From assembly GCF_009914755.1 (NCBI RefSeq), contig NC_060925.1: 64,000 bases of DNA. One strand, given 5' to 3'. The notes under the pieces are model-generated. The model was given only the letters and a program-made list of their open reading frames with translations. It was not told the origin of the DNA and searched no databases. This DNA comes from the human T2T-CHM13v2.0 reference genome, Homo sapiens. The translations under genes and the position numbers were made by a program. Of this stretch, positions 12,955-24,430 are shown one piece after another. The first letter of the stretch is position 1. Every line of letters begins with the position of its first letter.

Positions 12955-13300
12955 ATCTCTTTCTAGTTTTTCTTCCTGTTTCATTCGTCCCTCTTCTCTT
13001 CTCTACTTCTCTTTTCCAGTTCTTTCTCCTCCCAGAATCTTCTCTTTTTCCTAGTCCTCCTACCCTCCCCCTTCCATTTTACCCTCTCCTCCTCCATCTC
13101 TCCCCTCCCCCTCGCCTTGCTCCCTTCCCCTTTCCCTCTTTCCCCACGCCTCCTTCTTTCTTCTCTTTTCTTCCCCCCTTACCCCTGCCTGTCCTTCTCC
13201 CCTTCTTTTCTCTCTCCCCTTTCCCATCTCCTCATCCCCTCTCCTCTCTCTCCTCGCTTTCCTCTTTTCCCTTTCCCTCCCTTTCCCTCTCCGTCCTGGT
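12955..13300. repeat. CT-rich low-complexity polypyrimidine/polypurine tract
   Basis: About 345 nt that are overwhelmingly C/T on the + strand. Confidence 0.92.
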
Positions 13301-15744
13301 CCTTGTTTATCTGTAAGCTCCAATTTCTTGCCTTATAGATTTACCTGCAGAACAAGACACCGCTCCTCTTGCAAAAAACTGTTTAAGAAATCCATATCCT
13401 CTCCCTTCATTCCTTGGGCATTTCAGAAATGATATTCCTCCCCCAACTACCCCCGTCAAAATAAAATGAATCCAGCCAGCTCCTGCTGTGTGTCCTTAAA
13501 TCCATTCCCTCTAGCTTCGCTGGTTTGAAAGCCTGTACCCTAGAAGGGGCCTCCTGCATTTGCTGGCAACCCTGCTCAGTCTGATCGCCACAGATAGTGC
13601 TTTGGAGTGAAAAAAAGGGGGAAAAACCCTCTCCTTGGAGATTTCAAAACAGATTCGACCAGCTTTCAAGTCTGTGCACTTGCGGAGTGGCAGAGTTTGG
13701 GGAAGAGGGGTAGGGGACTTGGGGTGTGGGTGTTTGTCATAAACAAATAGCAACAGAATTTATGTCTATATAAATTTGGGTTTCCCTTGGCATGTCTAGT
13801 GTCTTTCTCCCTGGCATCGAGGGTGGGTGCTGTGCAAGCCTGACTTCCCTCACACTTTTGCTCGGGGGTGTGTATGTGTGATGGAATTGAGGAGGGGGTT
13901 GCTGTGTTTTTGATCTGATTCACTTGACAGATTATTTGAATCCAGCCCACCTTTCCGCACATGTCAAACAGATGGGATCATTGTTAAAAGCCTTGAGAGA
14001 GCTGAGGCTGAGCGGTGGGTAAGGCAGGGAGGGGGAAGAGAGGAGGGGGGCTGAGGGAGGGAGGGGGCACCTTCTAGTAGCTTTGTGTTTTTCACACATT
14101 GGAACTGACAGGAGTCCTTCTTCTCCGTGGGGTGGTGTGTTGCGGGTATGGGGCTGTTGAGGGGTGGGATGGAAAGGAGAGGGAGGTGGGGTGTTGGTGG
14201 GCAGGGTTATGATGTCACAGCAAAAGTTACAACAGGAGGAAAACACAGAAATGGTTCAACATTTTTTTTTAACTTGGGACTGCCAAGAGCTGAAGGAGAG
14301 TGGTGAGCAAAGGAATGAAGGGAGAGAGAGAGAAACTAAACTGGAAGCTTGAGTTTTGTGTAGCTTCTTGAAACCTTATGAATGGATTACTAGAAGCTGA
14401 GAGCCAGGAGAGACCTATAGGGGATGCAAGATCCCTACACATTAAAAGGGGGAGAAAAGCAGGCGGAATTCTTCTTCCTGGCTGTGTTATCCCTCCTTCC
14501 TGAAATGAATGGTAGGAAACCTTTTTCTGAGGGTTATGGGGTGGCATGCGGGAGGGGGAAGTTTACTTCTTTTCTTACCTGAGTATCTTCCCTTTACTTG
14601 AACTAAACCTCCTCTCTTCCTTCCCTCCTTTCTTTTCTGCTTTCTCTCTCTCTCTTTCTCTCTCTCTCTCCCCTCTGCTTTCCTGGTTTTCTCTATATCC
14701 CCCTCCCTAGAGCCCTAATCTTTATTCTTGAGCTGCTTCAGAAAGAGAGGGAGAGAGAGAGAGAAAACTGAGTCAAAAGTAAAGGGAAGGAAAAAGGGCA
14801 GTCTAGGATTGAGGGGTATCTGCTTAGTAACATCCATGTGCCTGAGTTGATATCTTCTTGGGGGACTTGCATCGAGGCTCCAGTGGATGCTACATAAGGA
14901 AACAGGACATGCTGGGGATGAGGTGTTTAAGATACAGCATTTATAATGCAAACAAGTCAGTTCTTAGCTGGGGTAGAGGAGTTTAGAAGATGATGATGAG
15001 ACTCAAGGCAGAAGAGGCAGTGCGATCTTACTCCAGAGTATGTGGACTGCATGTTTTAGATGTGGGCAACACAAGCAGTGACTTTAAAAGTGTAAGTGAT
15101 TTTTCTTATTATGTGAATGAAGGACCCAATGTGTTTCTCTACTGTTTTGTACCACCTGTGGTCAGATATCCTTACTTGTGTTAAGAATTCAGAACCATGC
15201 CGTGTGTTTGTCCATGTATACATGTGTGTATTTGTGTACACGCACATGCACTTAGGGTGTGGGGGCCCTTTGAGAAAGCCTTTATCTAGGCATCTAGGCA
15301 AACACTGCATAGGTTAAAATTATGACATTTTCTTCCCCATCCTTTCCATCCATTTCAAATCAATTGGAAACATGGTTCCTTGGGTCTAGCTGTTCATTTT
15401 TGTAAATTACTTATTTTGAACATCTCATTGTTTATTTGCTCACTCAGCATATGGTGACTTTTAGTAACTTCAGATTGAGAAACTTCTGAGATAAAAAGGA
15501 GACCTATGTAGTATGAATTCATGGCATTTCCATTTAGTACTTCTCACAGCAGGATACTTGATTTCTCCTTTCTCCCATGTCCGATTTAAAGTGAATTTAA
15601 GATATTGTTCTTTTAAATCCCCAATGATTGAACAAAGTAAGAAAAAATACTTTGTTTTGTTTGTGACAAAACAAAAGAAAAATACAAGGGATCCCTAAAA
15701 GGTTAGTGTGGGCTTATTAGGCAGTAGGTAGATCTGTTCACAGT

Positions 15745-15746
<2 letters not shown>

Positions 15747-15800
<54 letters not shown>
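15747..15800. repeat. Compound (GT)19(GA)8 microsatellite
   Basis: Direct reading. Confidence 0.95.
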
Positions 15801-15802
<2 letters not shown>

Positions 15803-16040
15803 GAGAATACACACAGAGAAGAGTACTCCAAAACACTATTGATTTTTTGCTATTGATTGTGTAGGCTGCGGCTGCTGAAAGAGAAAGCCCGAGATGTTTA
15901 CTGGGGAAACCAAGAGTAGCGTCTGTCCCCTGTGCCTTGGTGAGGTGGGTAGGTTTTCAGGAGGAAGGAGGGGACAGGGAGGAGTAGGTGGAGTGATGCA
16001 TTGAACTTACTAGCTTTGACATCATCATTGTCTTTAAATG

Positions 16041-16072
16041 AAAACAAAAACAAAAACAAAAACAAAAAACAA
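16041..16072. repeat. (CAAAAA)n repeat
   Basis: Direct reading. Confidence 0.85.
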
Positions 16073-16184
16073 GAAGATATTTACAGGCAGACAGAAAGGG
16101 AGCCAAGGGGAGCAGGAGAGACTGGAGAGAACAGGTCCCCTGAAGTGTATGCTCTTCTTTTTGCTCTTTTCCCGATCTTCCCAG

Positions 16185-17100
16185 GAACCCACAAGACTCC
16201 CAGAAGGTGAAGTTAAGAGCTCCCAGACTCATAAGGTTATTAGAACAGCAAACTGGCACCCCAAAGAACTTTACGGAGACTTGCAACCTATCAACAAGTT
16301 GGATGAGGGATTAAAAGCCTTCAACAACCAACAACCCCAAGCATCAAACTGAAGGAAACATTCTAACCTTCACAGACAGACTGGAGGCTGGATGGGGACC
16401 TGGCTGAAGACATCTGGAGAATGAAAGTTAAGTACCAGCTTGCATTTTTGTGCCCCTAGATTATTTTTGCATTTTAAAATAAGAAGCATCAAATTGCGTG
16501 TCTCTGTGTAAAAGTTCTAGCAATTTGTTTTAAGGTGAACTTATTTTGGCTTAGGGACTACAAAAAGAGAAGGTAATTCCTAGGGAAGGAAGAAGAGAAA
16601 GAAATGAAAATTAGAGAATAAGATTATTTTGAATGACTTCAGGTAGCGAGGAGTGTGTGTTTGTGAGTGTGTATTTGAGAGACTTGGCTCATGCCTGTGG
16701 GTCTTCTCTTCTAGTATCAGTGAGGGGAGGGATTACTGAAGAAGAAGGGGGGAAAAAAAAAGAAAGAAATCTGAGCTTTCTGGGAGGAAATTCAAAGGAA
16801 CCAAGAGAAATTAACTTCGTTCTGCAAGGACTAAAATACAGCAAGAGGAGAGAGGTCAAGCGAGAAGCGTGCGGGAAGCACATGCCCTGGGGAGGCATAG
16901 AAGCCACACTGGCAGAGCGGCCAGCACAGGTAGCCAGCAGAGGCATTCTTGGGGCTATTTGAAAAAGTTTGGTCTGTGAACAAAACAGTTTCCCTGGTGA
17001 CTGCAAATCCATTGCTAGCTGCCTCTTTCTCGTCTGCCCATCACTCTGGTGTGGTACCCAGAAGTTGACTTCTGGTTCTGTAGAAAGAGCTAGGGGAGGT
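16185..17100 (+). other. PAPPA2: 5'UTR part (916 nt) of the first coding exon of PAPPA2
   Basis: Strong acceptor ctcttctttttgctcttttcccgatcttccCAG|G at 16184/16185, 916 nt upstream of the ATG at 17101. Confidence 0.85.
16633..16962 (+). promoter_or_regulatory. 109-codon upstream ORF in the PAPPA2 5'UTR
   Basis: ATG 16633 to TGA 16960-16962, inside the exon and in the same frame as the main ATG. Translation not shown. Confidence 0.55.
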
Positions 17101-18019
17101 ATGATGTGCTTAAAGATCCTAAGAATAAGCCTGGCGATTTTGGCTGGGTGGGCACTCTGTTCTGCCAACTCTGAGCTGGGCTGGACACGCAAGAAATCCT
17201 TGGTTGAGAGGGAACACCTGAATCAGGTGCTGTTGGAAGGAGAACGTTGTTGGCTGGGGGCCAAGGTTCGAAGACCCAGAGCTTCTCCACAGCATCACCT
17301 CTTTGGAGTCTACCCCAGCAGGGCTGGGAACTACCTAAGGCCCTACCCCGTGGGGGAGCAAGAAATCCATCATACAGGACGCAGCAAACCAGACACTGAA
17401 GGAAATGCTGTGAGCCTTGTTCCCCCAGACCTGACTGAAAATCCAGCAGGACTGAGGGGTGCAGTTGAAGAGCCGGCTGCCCCATGGGTAGGGGATAGTC
17501 CTATTGGGCAATCTGAGCTGCTGGGAGATGATGACGCTTATCTCGGCAATCAAAGATCCAAGGAGTCTCTAGGTGAGGCCGGGATTCAGAAAGGCTCAGC
17601 CATGGCTGCCACTACTACCACCGCCATTTTCACAACCCTGAACGAACCCAAACCAGAGACCCAAAGGAGGGGCTGGGCCAAGTCCAGGCAGCGTCGCCAA
17701 GTGTGGAAGAGGCGGGCGGAAGATGGGCAGGGAGACTCCGGTATCTCTTCACATTTCCAACCTTGGCCCAAGCATTCCCTTAAACACAGGGTCAAAAAGA
17801 GTCCACCGGAGGAAAGCAACCAAAATGGTGGAGAGGGCTCCTACCGAGAAGCAGAGACCTTTAACTCCCAAGTAGGACTGCCCATCTTATACTTCTCTGG
17901 GAGGCGGGAGCGGCTGCTGCTGCGTCCAGAAGTGCTGGCTGAGATTCCCCGGGAGGCGTTCACAGTGGAAGCCTGGGTTAAACCGGAGGGAGGACAGAAC
18001 AACCCAGCCATCATCGCAG
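17101..18019 (+). CDS. PAPPA2: Pappalysin-2 first coding exon: signal peptide, propeptide, mature N-terminus (Ser234), start of LamG-like domain (codons 1-307)
   Basis: [24 protein letters not shown] hydrophobic leader; basic sites RQRR, KRR, RVKK-SPP; LYFSG...[21 protein letters not shown] pappalysin LamG motif; donor CAG|GTAACA after 18019 (919 nt, phase 1). Confidence 0.98.
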
Positions 18020-21000
18020 GTAACACCCTTCTCCTGGGCTTTCTGAAATCCTGAGGGTATGGCTGGCTTTATTTCTGACGGGTTAGACATAGGGAGCGAG
18101 GATGGGAAGGGGACCCAACAGGAAAGCCAGAAAGGGCTAGCCAGGGAGAGGGGGAAGGGCCTTTATTAATCAGCACGGCAGGATTCCAGACACCATCAAA
18201 AAGGAGATAATGACTCTAGCCATATCAGCCTCTGTACCTTGTATTGATCTCATGTCCTTGTATACATTGTGCTTGCACTTAGGAGACTTTAGCTCTCTTA
18301 CCTGTCTTTAAAGGGATAGAGCTCCTTGGTTCTTTGCCAAAAGAGAAGGGGTGTCACACTCCATTTCCGGTAGACCAATATGAGATACCCAGGCAACCTT
18401 GAAGACAGATGAGAATCCAAGGACCTGAGCAATGAGTCATGCCTGGGCTGGTCCAGGTGGTGAGGAAACAAGGCTGCTAGGTACACAGCCGTCAGGTCCT
18501 GCCTGGTTTCCTTTTCTCTGAGTGCCCTGGATCTTGGCAGAAAGGTGCCCTTTGGTCCAGGTCCTGGAGGTCCCTCCACTTTGTCACAACAATCATGTGT
18601 CCAGCTTAGGAACAGTAGGGTCCACTGGAAAAAGTGAGCACTTACAAGCCAAGATCCTGACTTCTAGGCCTGCTGTTGTTGTAAGAAGGACCTAAAAAAT
18701 GAAACTTTTTATAACTCCATGATTTTGATCAGGAGCACTGGTCTGGGAACATGACCCACATTTGTTTGCACTACACACAGATCTTGCTTTTCATGGAAAG
18801 TCACCCAGAAGGGCAAAGAAAAATGAGGTTAAGAGTAACTGTTCCCTGTTGCCTTACTGGGAAAGTTGGAATGAAGCAAGGGGTCATGGATTAGACATGA
18901 TATTTCATCATTTAGTACCTTATCCTTTTGAATTCCCCATGACAGAACCTAACACAAAGCAAGGTGCACAGTAGAACCATATAATCTGCTTAATTTGAAT
19001 TATCCACAGTGCTCTTTCATGTTTTCCAGTCCCATTATATTGATGGGGAAACTGAGGCAATAAAAGGCATGCCAGGCAGGCTGGGAATAGAACTCCAGGA
19101 CACTTGAATCGCTTGAAGATTTTCCGAATTAAGAAAATATTCTCAGGTTACTGGATGCCTGCAAAGTTTCAGACTAGGGAAAGAAGTCGGCAAGGAGGGA
19201 GCCTCTTTCAAGGGGGTGTTGCTGGAACATCCCTTCCGGACACTCTGTCTCCCCCTCTTTGGCTGTGATTTCTCCTTCGGAAGCTGGGATTCCCAGACAC
19301 TGAGCATTCTCAAGTCTTGTGGTTTTGCTGTATTTTATTTTTGGGTGGGAGAGGGAGTGGGGAAAGGGGAGAAATAAGGGTTGGGCTATAAGTTAGGTGG
19401 GGGAAGAGAAAGAGTAGAAGGAAATCCTTATTCTGGGGCCAAATGGAAGAAATAATGAGATGATTATCTGATCAGAGTTGGCAGCTCCACAATTTCTCCC
19501 AGATGACATCTTCTTGCTGCTTAATCTTGCTTCCTAGTACCCATCTGCCAGGGAAACTGTGTGCTTGCAGTCTAGACTAAGACCCACGACTCTGCTTACC
19601 CCTCCTCTTGCAGTAGCAACATAAAGACCGGGGATCAATTCCCTGGCTGAAAAAAAATGAGAGAAAGATCCAATAGGAGTCTATGTGGGAGGCTCTAAGG
19701 GGCTGCTGCTTTGGGTTACTAGAGGCCAAACCTGGGGAAACTTGACCCCTGTCCTGTCCCTCCTGTGTCCTGTCTGATGCTCTGCACAGAGGAAAGCAGT
19801 GTCATGATTTGATTCCAGTTACAGCATTTCTTGTGGCACCTCCCCCATCCCCACCCCAGGACGTCTTTCTACCTTGCCCACCTGTCCACCGCCTCCAACC
19901 CCTGCCAACACTGCCACAGCACACACTCAGATCCTTCTCTAAAGTGCCCGTCTGAACTCTTTTAACCGTAAGCATGTAAAATTGGGCAGAAAATCTTTTG
20001 CAGACTGTCTAGCTTCTGAATTTTCCTTCTCTTCAAATCAAAGTGTCCCTTGTGGTGTACCAGTATTTCCCCTCTTAGGTCTACACCAGAAAGGTTGAGG
20101 GCAGGGAATGCCCAGGGCTATCTCATCTCCACTTACCACTCTATATTTTTCTTTAGATTTCTGTACATCAGAAAATATTCAGTAAAGATGTAGGGTAAAG
20201 GTCTGGGAAAGATGGAGGTTGGGAACATGGTTTCATTCTTTGGGATTCTAGCAACAGGGCTGCTGAGGGCTTGGGCATCCTTGTGTACTCACTGTGCTTA
20301 GCTGCTTACACTTCACCTGTGCTCTCCATGCCTGAGAACCATAATGTTGCCAAAGGCATTTACCCTAATCTACTCATGCCTGTGGACAGACCAGTCCATC
20401 TTCCTTCTCTTACCATACAGCACTCGCCCCTGAGCTGGTCATTGTCTATTCCTACGATGGCTGGCCTTCACCTATGCAGAATGACAATAGAATCATGTCC
20501 CTGGGAGCCACATACAATTCAGCAATTCTGCTGTTCCACTTGGAATGATCCGAGGTGCTGCAAGACTTGGCCCCTACACTTTTTTCAACAGCTCTCAAAG
20601 CGTAGCTTCTACCTACTCAACTTAAACCCAGTTTCCCAATCCTTAATCTACCCAATTTAGGGCATTTTTTATTCAACAGAGACTTCAAGCAATGCAGCCA
20701 TAGCAATTTACAGAGGAACATTCCCCTCCCCAGCCCCAGATGCGGGGGTCTTAGAGGATACTTTCTACACGGAACACTAGGTGGCAGTGTTGCTTCATTC
20801 ACAGGAGAGTAGGCAGCCACGTAGTGGGGAATGTCTCTGATTTCTTGGAGGACTGTCCTGCCCTGGCTCTGGGCTGTGTGTATTTAATTGTCCTCTCCCA
20901 GAATGTTGTTCGTTGGCATCCCTTGGGGTCAGCTTTATGCAAGTGTTTTTTTGCGGGGCTTATGTGAAAGGGCAAAAGTGACATTTTTGGGGTTGTGACT

Positions 21001-21859
21001 AACTTGCACTTTAGCAACTAGTAAAGAAAAGAAAATCAACTAAAGTTTCCCCTCTCCCTCCCCCACTCCAAACTCCCACATTCTTCCAAAATAGAAAGTT
21101 GAATTCCAGAATGAATTGCCAGAATACATTTATTTAGAGTTGAGGACAACACGGAGCTCACAGGCTTTGGGTGCTGAACGTCTCTCTGGCCCTCAGAAGG
21201 CGAGACGTGGTACCTGGGTCCCTGCAAGGTAGATCTTCTGAAGTGGCCTATTTCCCATAGCGGAGACAGAACAACCAAGGTGTAGGAGAGGACTGTGTAC
21301 AACTGCTCCACTGTAGAGTCCTCTGTAAGAGTAGCTAGTCAGGGGCCTGGCAGCTCAGGGCCATGTGGCCACCTAGGAGTAGACTGAGGTCAGGAGCCCA
21401 TTTGGTTGGGCCATTGGAACTGAGAACTGGACGTAAGCCAAATTCTGTCCCATCCACGTGTGTAACTTTTAAGCTCCAGCACCCAACCTTGAAACCATCC
21501 TGTTCCTTTCCCGCCTTCTCAACTTCCTTTCCTCTCTTTTAACCCCAACATACACAAAAGAGAAGATTTTAATAGGTTCCTCCTCACCCATAATTGATTT
21601 CAAATGTTCCCTGAAGTTGCCCAGCTGAGTAACCACCTGCAGCTCCAAGTTGCAGGAGACTGAGTCACTAAGTCCATGGCAGAATTGGAGCCTGAGCCCA
21701 GGTTTCTTCATCCGACAAATATTTATTGAGTGCCTTCCATGCAAAGCACGGCAAGGCCCTGTGGGGAGCACAAAGATGTCTAAGAAACTGTCCCTGACAT
21801 GAAGACAAGTTTTCCTCCTCTGAGGATCCGAGCATTAGAGTATATGCTTGTGTAGAACT

Positions 21860-22170
21860 TGGGAGGCAGGCCAACCTGGCAACAGATTCCATCTCTGACG
21901 CTTATCAGGGCTGTGGTCTTTGGCGATCCATTGAGCTTTTCTATGCCTTCATTTCCTCAAATGGAAAAAGGAGAAAAATATATGTATACAAAATATCATT
22001 CCATTTAAATAAAAATGAAAAAAGCTCCAAAAAATGAAAAATAAGACAAAGTCTTGCAGAGTCGTTATGATGCTTGAACAAGTCATGTATGTAAAGTGCC
22101 CACCATAGGGCTTGGCCACTGTGTTTACTCATGGCCTGGCAGGAGCTAACAGTGGGAGGCAATCATTACT
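21860..22170 (+). mobile_element. MIR with A-rich interruption
   Basis: gcctt.atttcctcaaatggaaaa..catgtatgtaaagtgccc. Confidence 0.55.
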
Positions 22171-22434
22171 GGGAGCAGCACGTTAACCTGCTTGTCTTTG
22201 GTTCTAACCCACTAACCTATCATTTTTCCTTAGGTGGAATATTCACTTTAATTTCTTAGGAATTCAGTTTGCTAGATTGTAAAATGAGAATGATGGTAAA
22301 GAGACTTTTTTTACAACACAGTCTAATGTGTTGTAAATGCAGTAGAATCAGAGGCCCCAAAGGGCTCATTTATTTTATTTAAAAAAATCCATTCTTTTTA
22401 GCCTGAGCAGTACTATTTTGAATAAATTGGACAA

Positions 22435-22970
22435 CAGTGCTAAAGTTTTCTGGAGGCCATAAAACCTTTTGAAAATCTGATGAAAGCTATGTCCACTCCC
22501 TAGAAAAATGAACATGTTCACATAGTTCACACAACGTTCAGAGCTGTATTAGTCTGTTCTCAAGCTGCTGATAAAGACATACCTGAGACTGGGTAATTTA
22601 TAAAGGAAAGAGCTTTAATGGACTCACAGTTCCACATGGCTGGGGAGGCCTCACAACAATGGCTGAAGGTGAATGAGGAGGAAAGTCATGTCTCACATGG
22701 TGGCAGGCAAGACAGCGTGCGCAGCGGAACTCCCATTTATAAAACCATGAGATCTCCTGAGACTTATTCACTATCACACGAACAGCACAGAAAAACCCAC
22801 CCCCATGATTCAATTACCTCCCACCAGGTCCCTCCTGCAACATGTGGGAATTATGGGAGCTACGACTCGAGATGAGATTTGGGTGGGGACAGAGTCAAAC
22901 CATATCAAGACCCTTCACGATTTCTTGATGGCCAGGGTCTGCTGACATTATGTATAAAACCTATTGTTTA
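22435..22970. mobile_element. MER103C-like hAT MITE, split by the THE1 LTR
   Basis: ttttgaaaatctgatgaaagctatg..ctccctagaaaaatgaaca. Confidence 0.6.
22545..22907 (-). mobile_element. THE1B/C-type solo LTR (ERVL-MaLR), full length
   Basis: tgtattagtctgttctc..gagatttgggtggggacagagtcaaaccatatca, 363 bp, 5-bp TSD agagc/agacc. Confidence 0.92.
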
Positions 22971-24194
22971 AGGCCTATATTGGTAAGTGTTGTTGTTGTT
23001 GTTGTTGTTTTTGACATCTAAGAAATGAGATTTCACAGAATGCTGAAACATCCCCTTCTCCCAATAAGGGAGGTTTGTACTCAAGGTGGAGGGTGTCATC
23101 CACATAGAATATGGAGCTTCATAGAAGGCAGATTCACGTAGATGTGAAGAGAATGTAAAAGGCAGGCCACGTGTGGGATCTCTCCCTTTATCCAATAGGA
23201 CTCAATGACAGGTGAAGAGACAAATCTATACTTTTCCCAGAATCTTCCTGAAGATGAGGTTTGCATGGCCCTCTCCTCAGTTGCTTCTTCCTATATCACA
23301 GCAAGGTTTGAAGTCAGAGTGTTTGTCCTCCAAGAATCCTGTGGAACTGTGCAGTTCCCTCCACATTAGAACTCTGCTCCCTGGTTAGGATCCACATGTG
23401 CAGCAAAGTCATGGCCACCTGCCCTAAGCATGGACGACCCATGGATGTGAGGGCTTGCTGTTGGTTTCTGGGGATGGATTTACCCACAGTGATGAGTACG
23501 AGTTGCACGAGTTGACTTGTGTGAACAGGGCATAGCCCCTGATGGTTGTAAATTAGCATCTTTGTGTAGAAGGTTTTATCATGTGGCTATATGGCCCTCA
23601 AGAAGAGAGTAACATGGAGGGGCTGTATGATATCTGGTTTAAGAAGTGAAACAGACTGTGACTATGACCCTTTTTCTCGAAGCCTGTGGCCATGCCCCTC
23701 ATCCCTATGGGAAAGTAATTTTCTCTATGTCTCTGCTTCCAGGGCCCTTCATGTGTGGTTTCCTAGGGTGCATATTGCTTCCTGCCTTATTTGTTATGTG
23801 CATGTCTCATTTCTATCCACTGGTAATTCCTCCAGAGGCAAATGCATGTCTGATTAACTTTTGTGATTCCAAAATATCTAGCACAGTATTAGGGACTCTC
23901 AGTTATGTTTGTAGAATAGACAAAATAGAAATTTAGACAGCTGACTGTCCATTAAGGATGAATAAAAGGGTGGAGGGAACTTTCTGAAACTGGAGTCTCT
24001 TTGTGGGATCCAGGGCAGTGGCTTTCAGATTCTGTTTTTGCTGCCTACTGAGGTGTCTTAGGAGCTTCTGAGGGGAAATCACTGAGTACAGGGCTCCCTT
24101 TCCACCTTCAATAGGAGCATCCCCTCCCTTACCTGTTTCATGTGAAGGAGGGGCTTAATTACTTTAAGGAAGTTTAAACCCCAGAACTCTAGAG

Positions 24195-24422
24195 CAGGGG
24201 TTGGCACATTATGGCCTATGGGTCACATCAGGTCTAAAGCTGAAGCTTGTTTTTGTAAATAAAGTTTTATTGGCACACATCCACACCCATGTTGGTTATG
24301 TGTTCTCTGTGGTGGCTTCCCTGCTAACTGGTGGAGGTAAGTAGTTGCAAAAGAGGCCTTCTGACCCACAAAGCCCAAAATATTTACTGTCTGGCCCTTT
24401 GTAGAAAGTTTGCTAACTCATA
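24195..24422. mobile_element. MER58A hAT MITE
   Basis: caggggttggca..tttttgtaaataaagttttattgg..aaaatatttactgtctggcccttt; 8-bp TSD ctctagag/ctttagag. Confidence 0.88.
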
Positions 24423-24430
24423 CTTTAGAG

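Noticed and set aside
12897-13338. Pro/Ser/Leu/Phe-rich and Gly/Arg/Glu-rich ORFs
   Set aside because: Artefacts of the low-complexity pyrimidine tract.
16969-17100. ORF-track N-terminal extension of the 361-aa ORF (TTG start) as the annotated start
   Set aside because: The signal peptide and known protein begin at ATG 17101; the extension is kept only as a hypothesis in the findings.
18020-18054. C-terminal [11 protein letters not shown] of the 361-aa ORF
   Set aside because: Read-through past the GT donor into the intron; pappalysin similarity continues at 55285.
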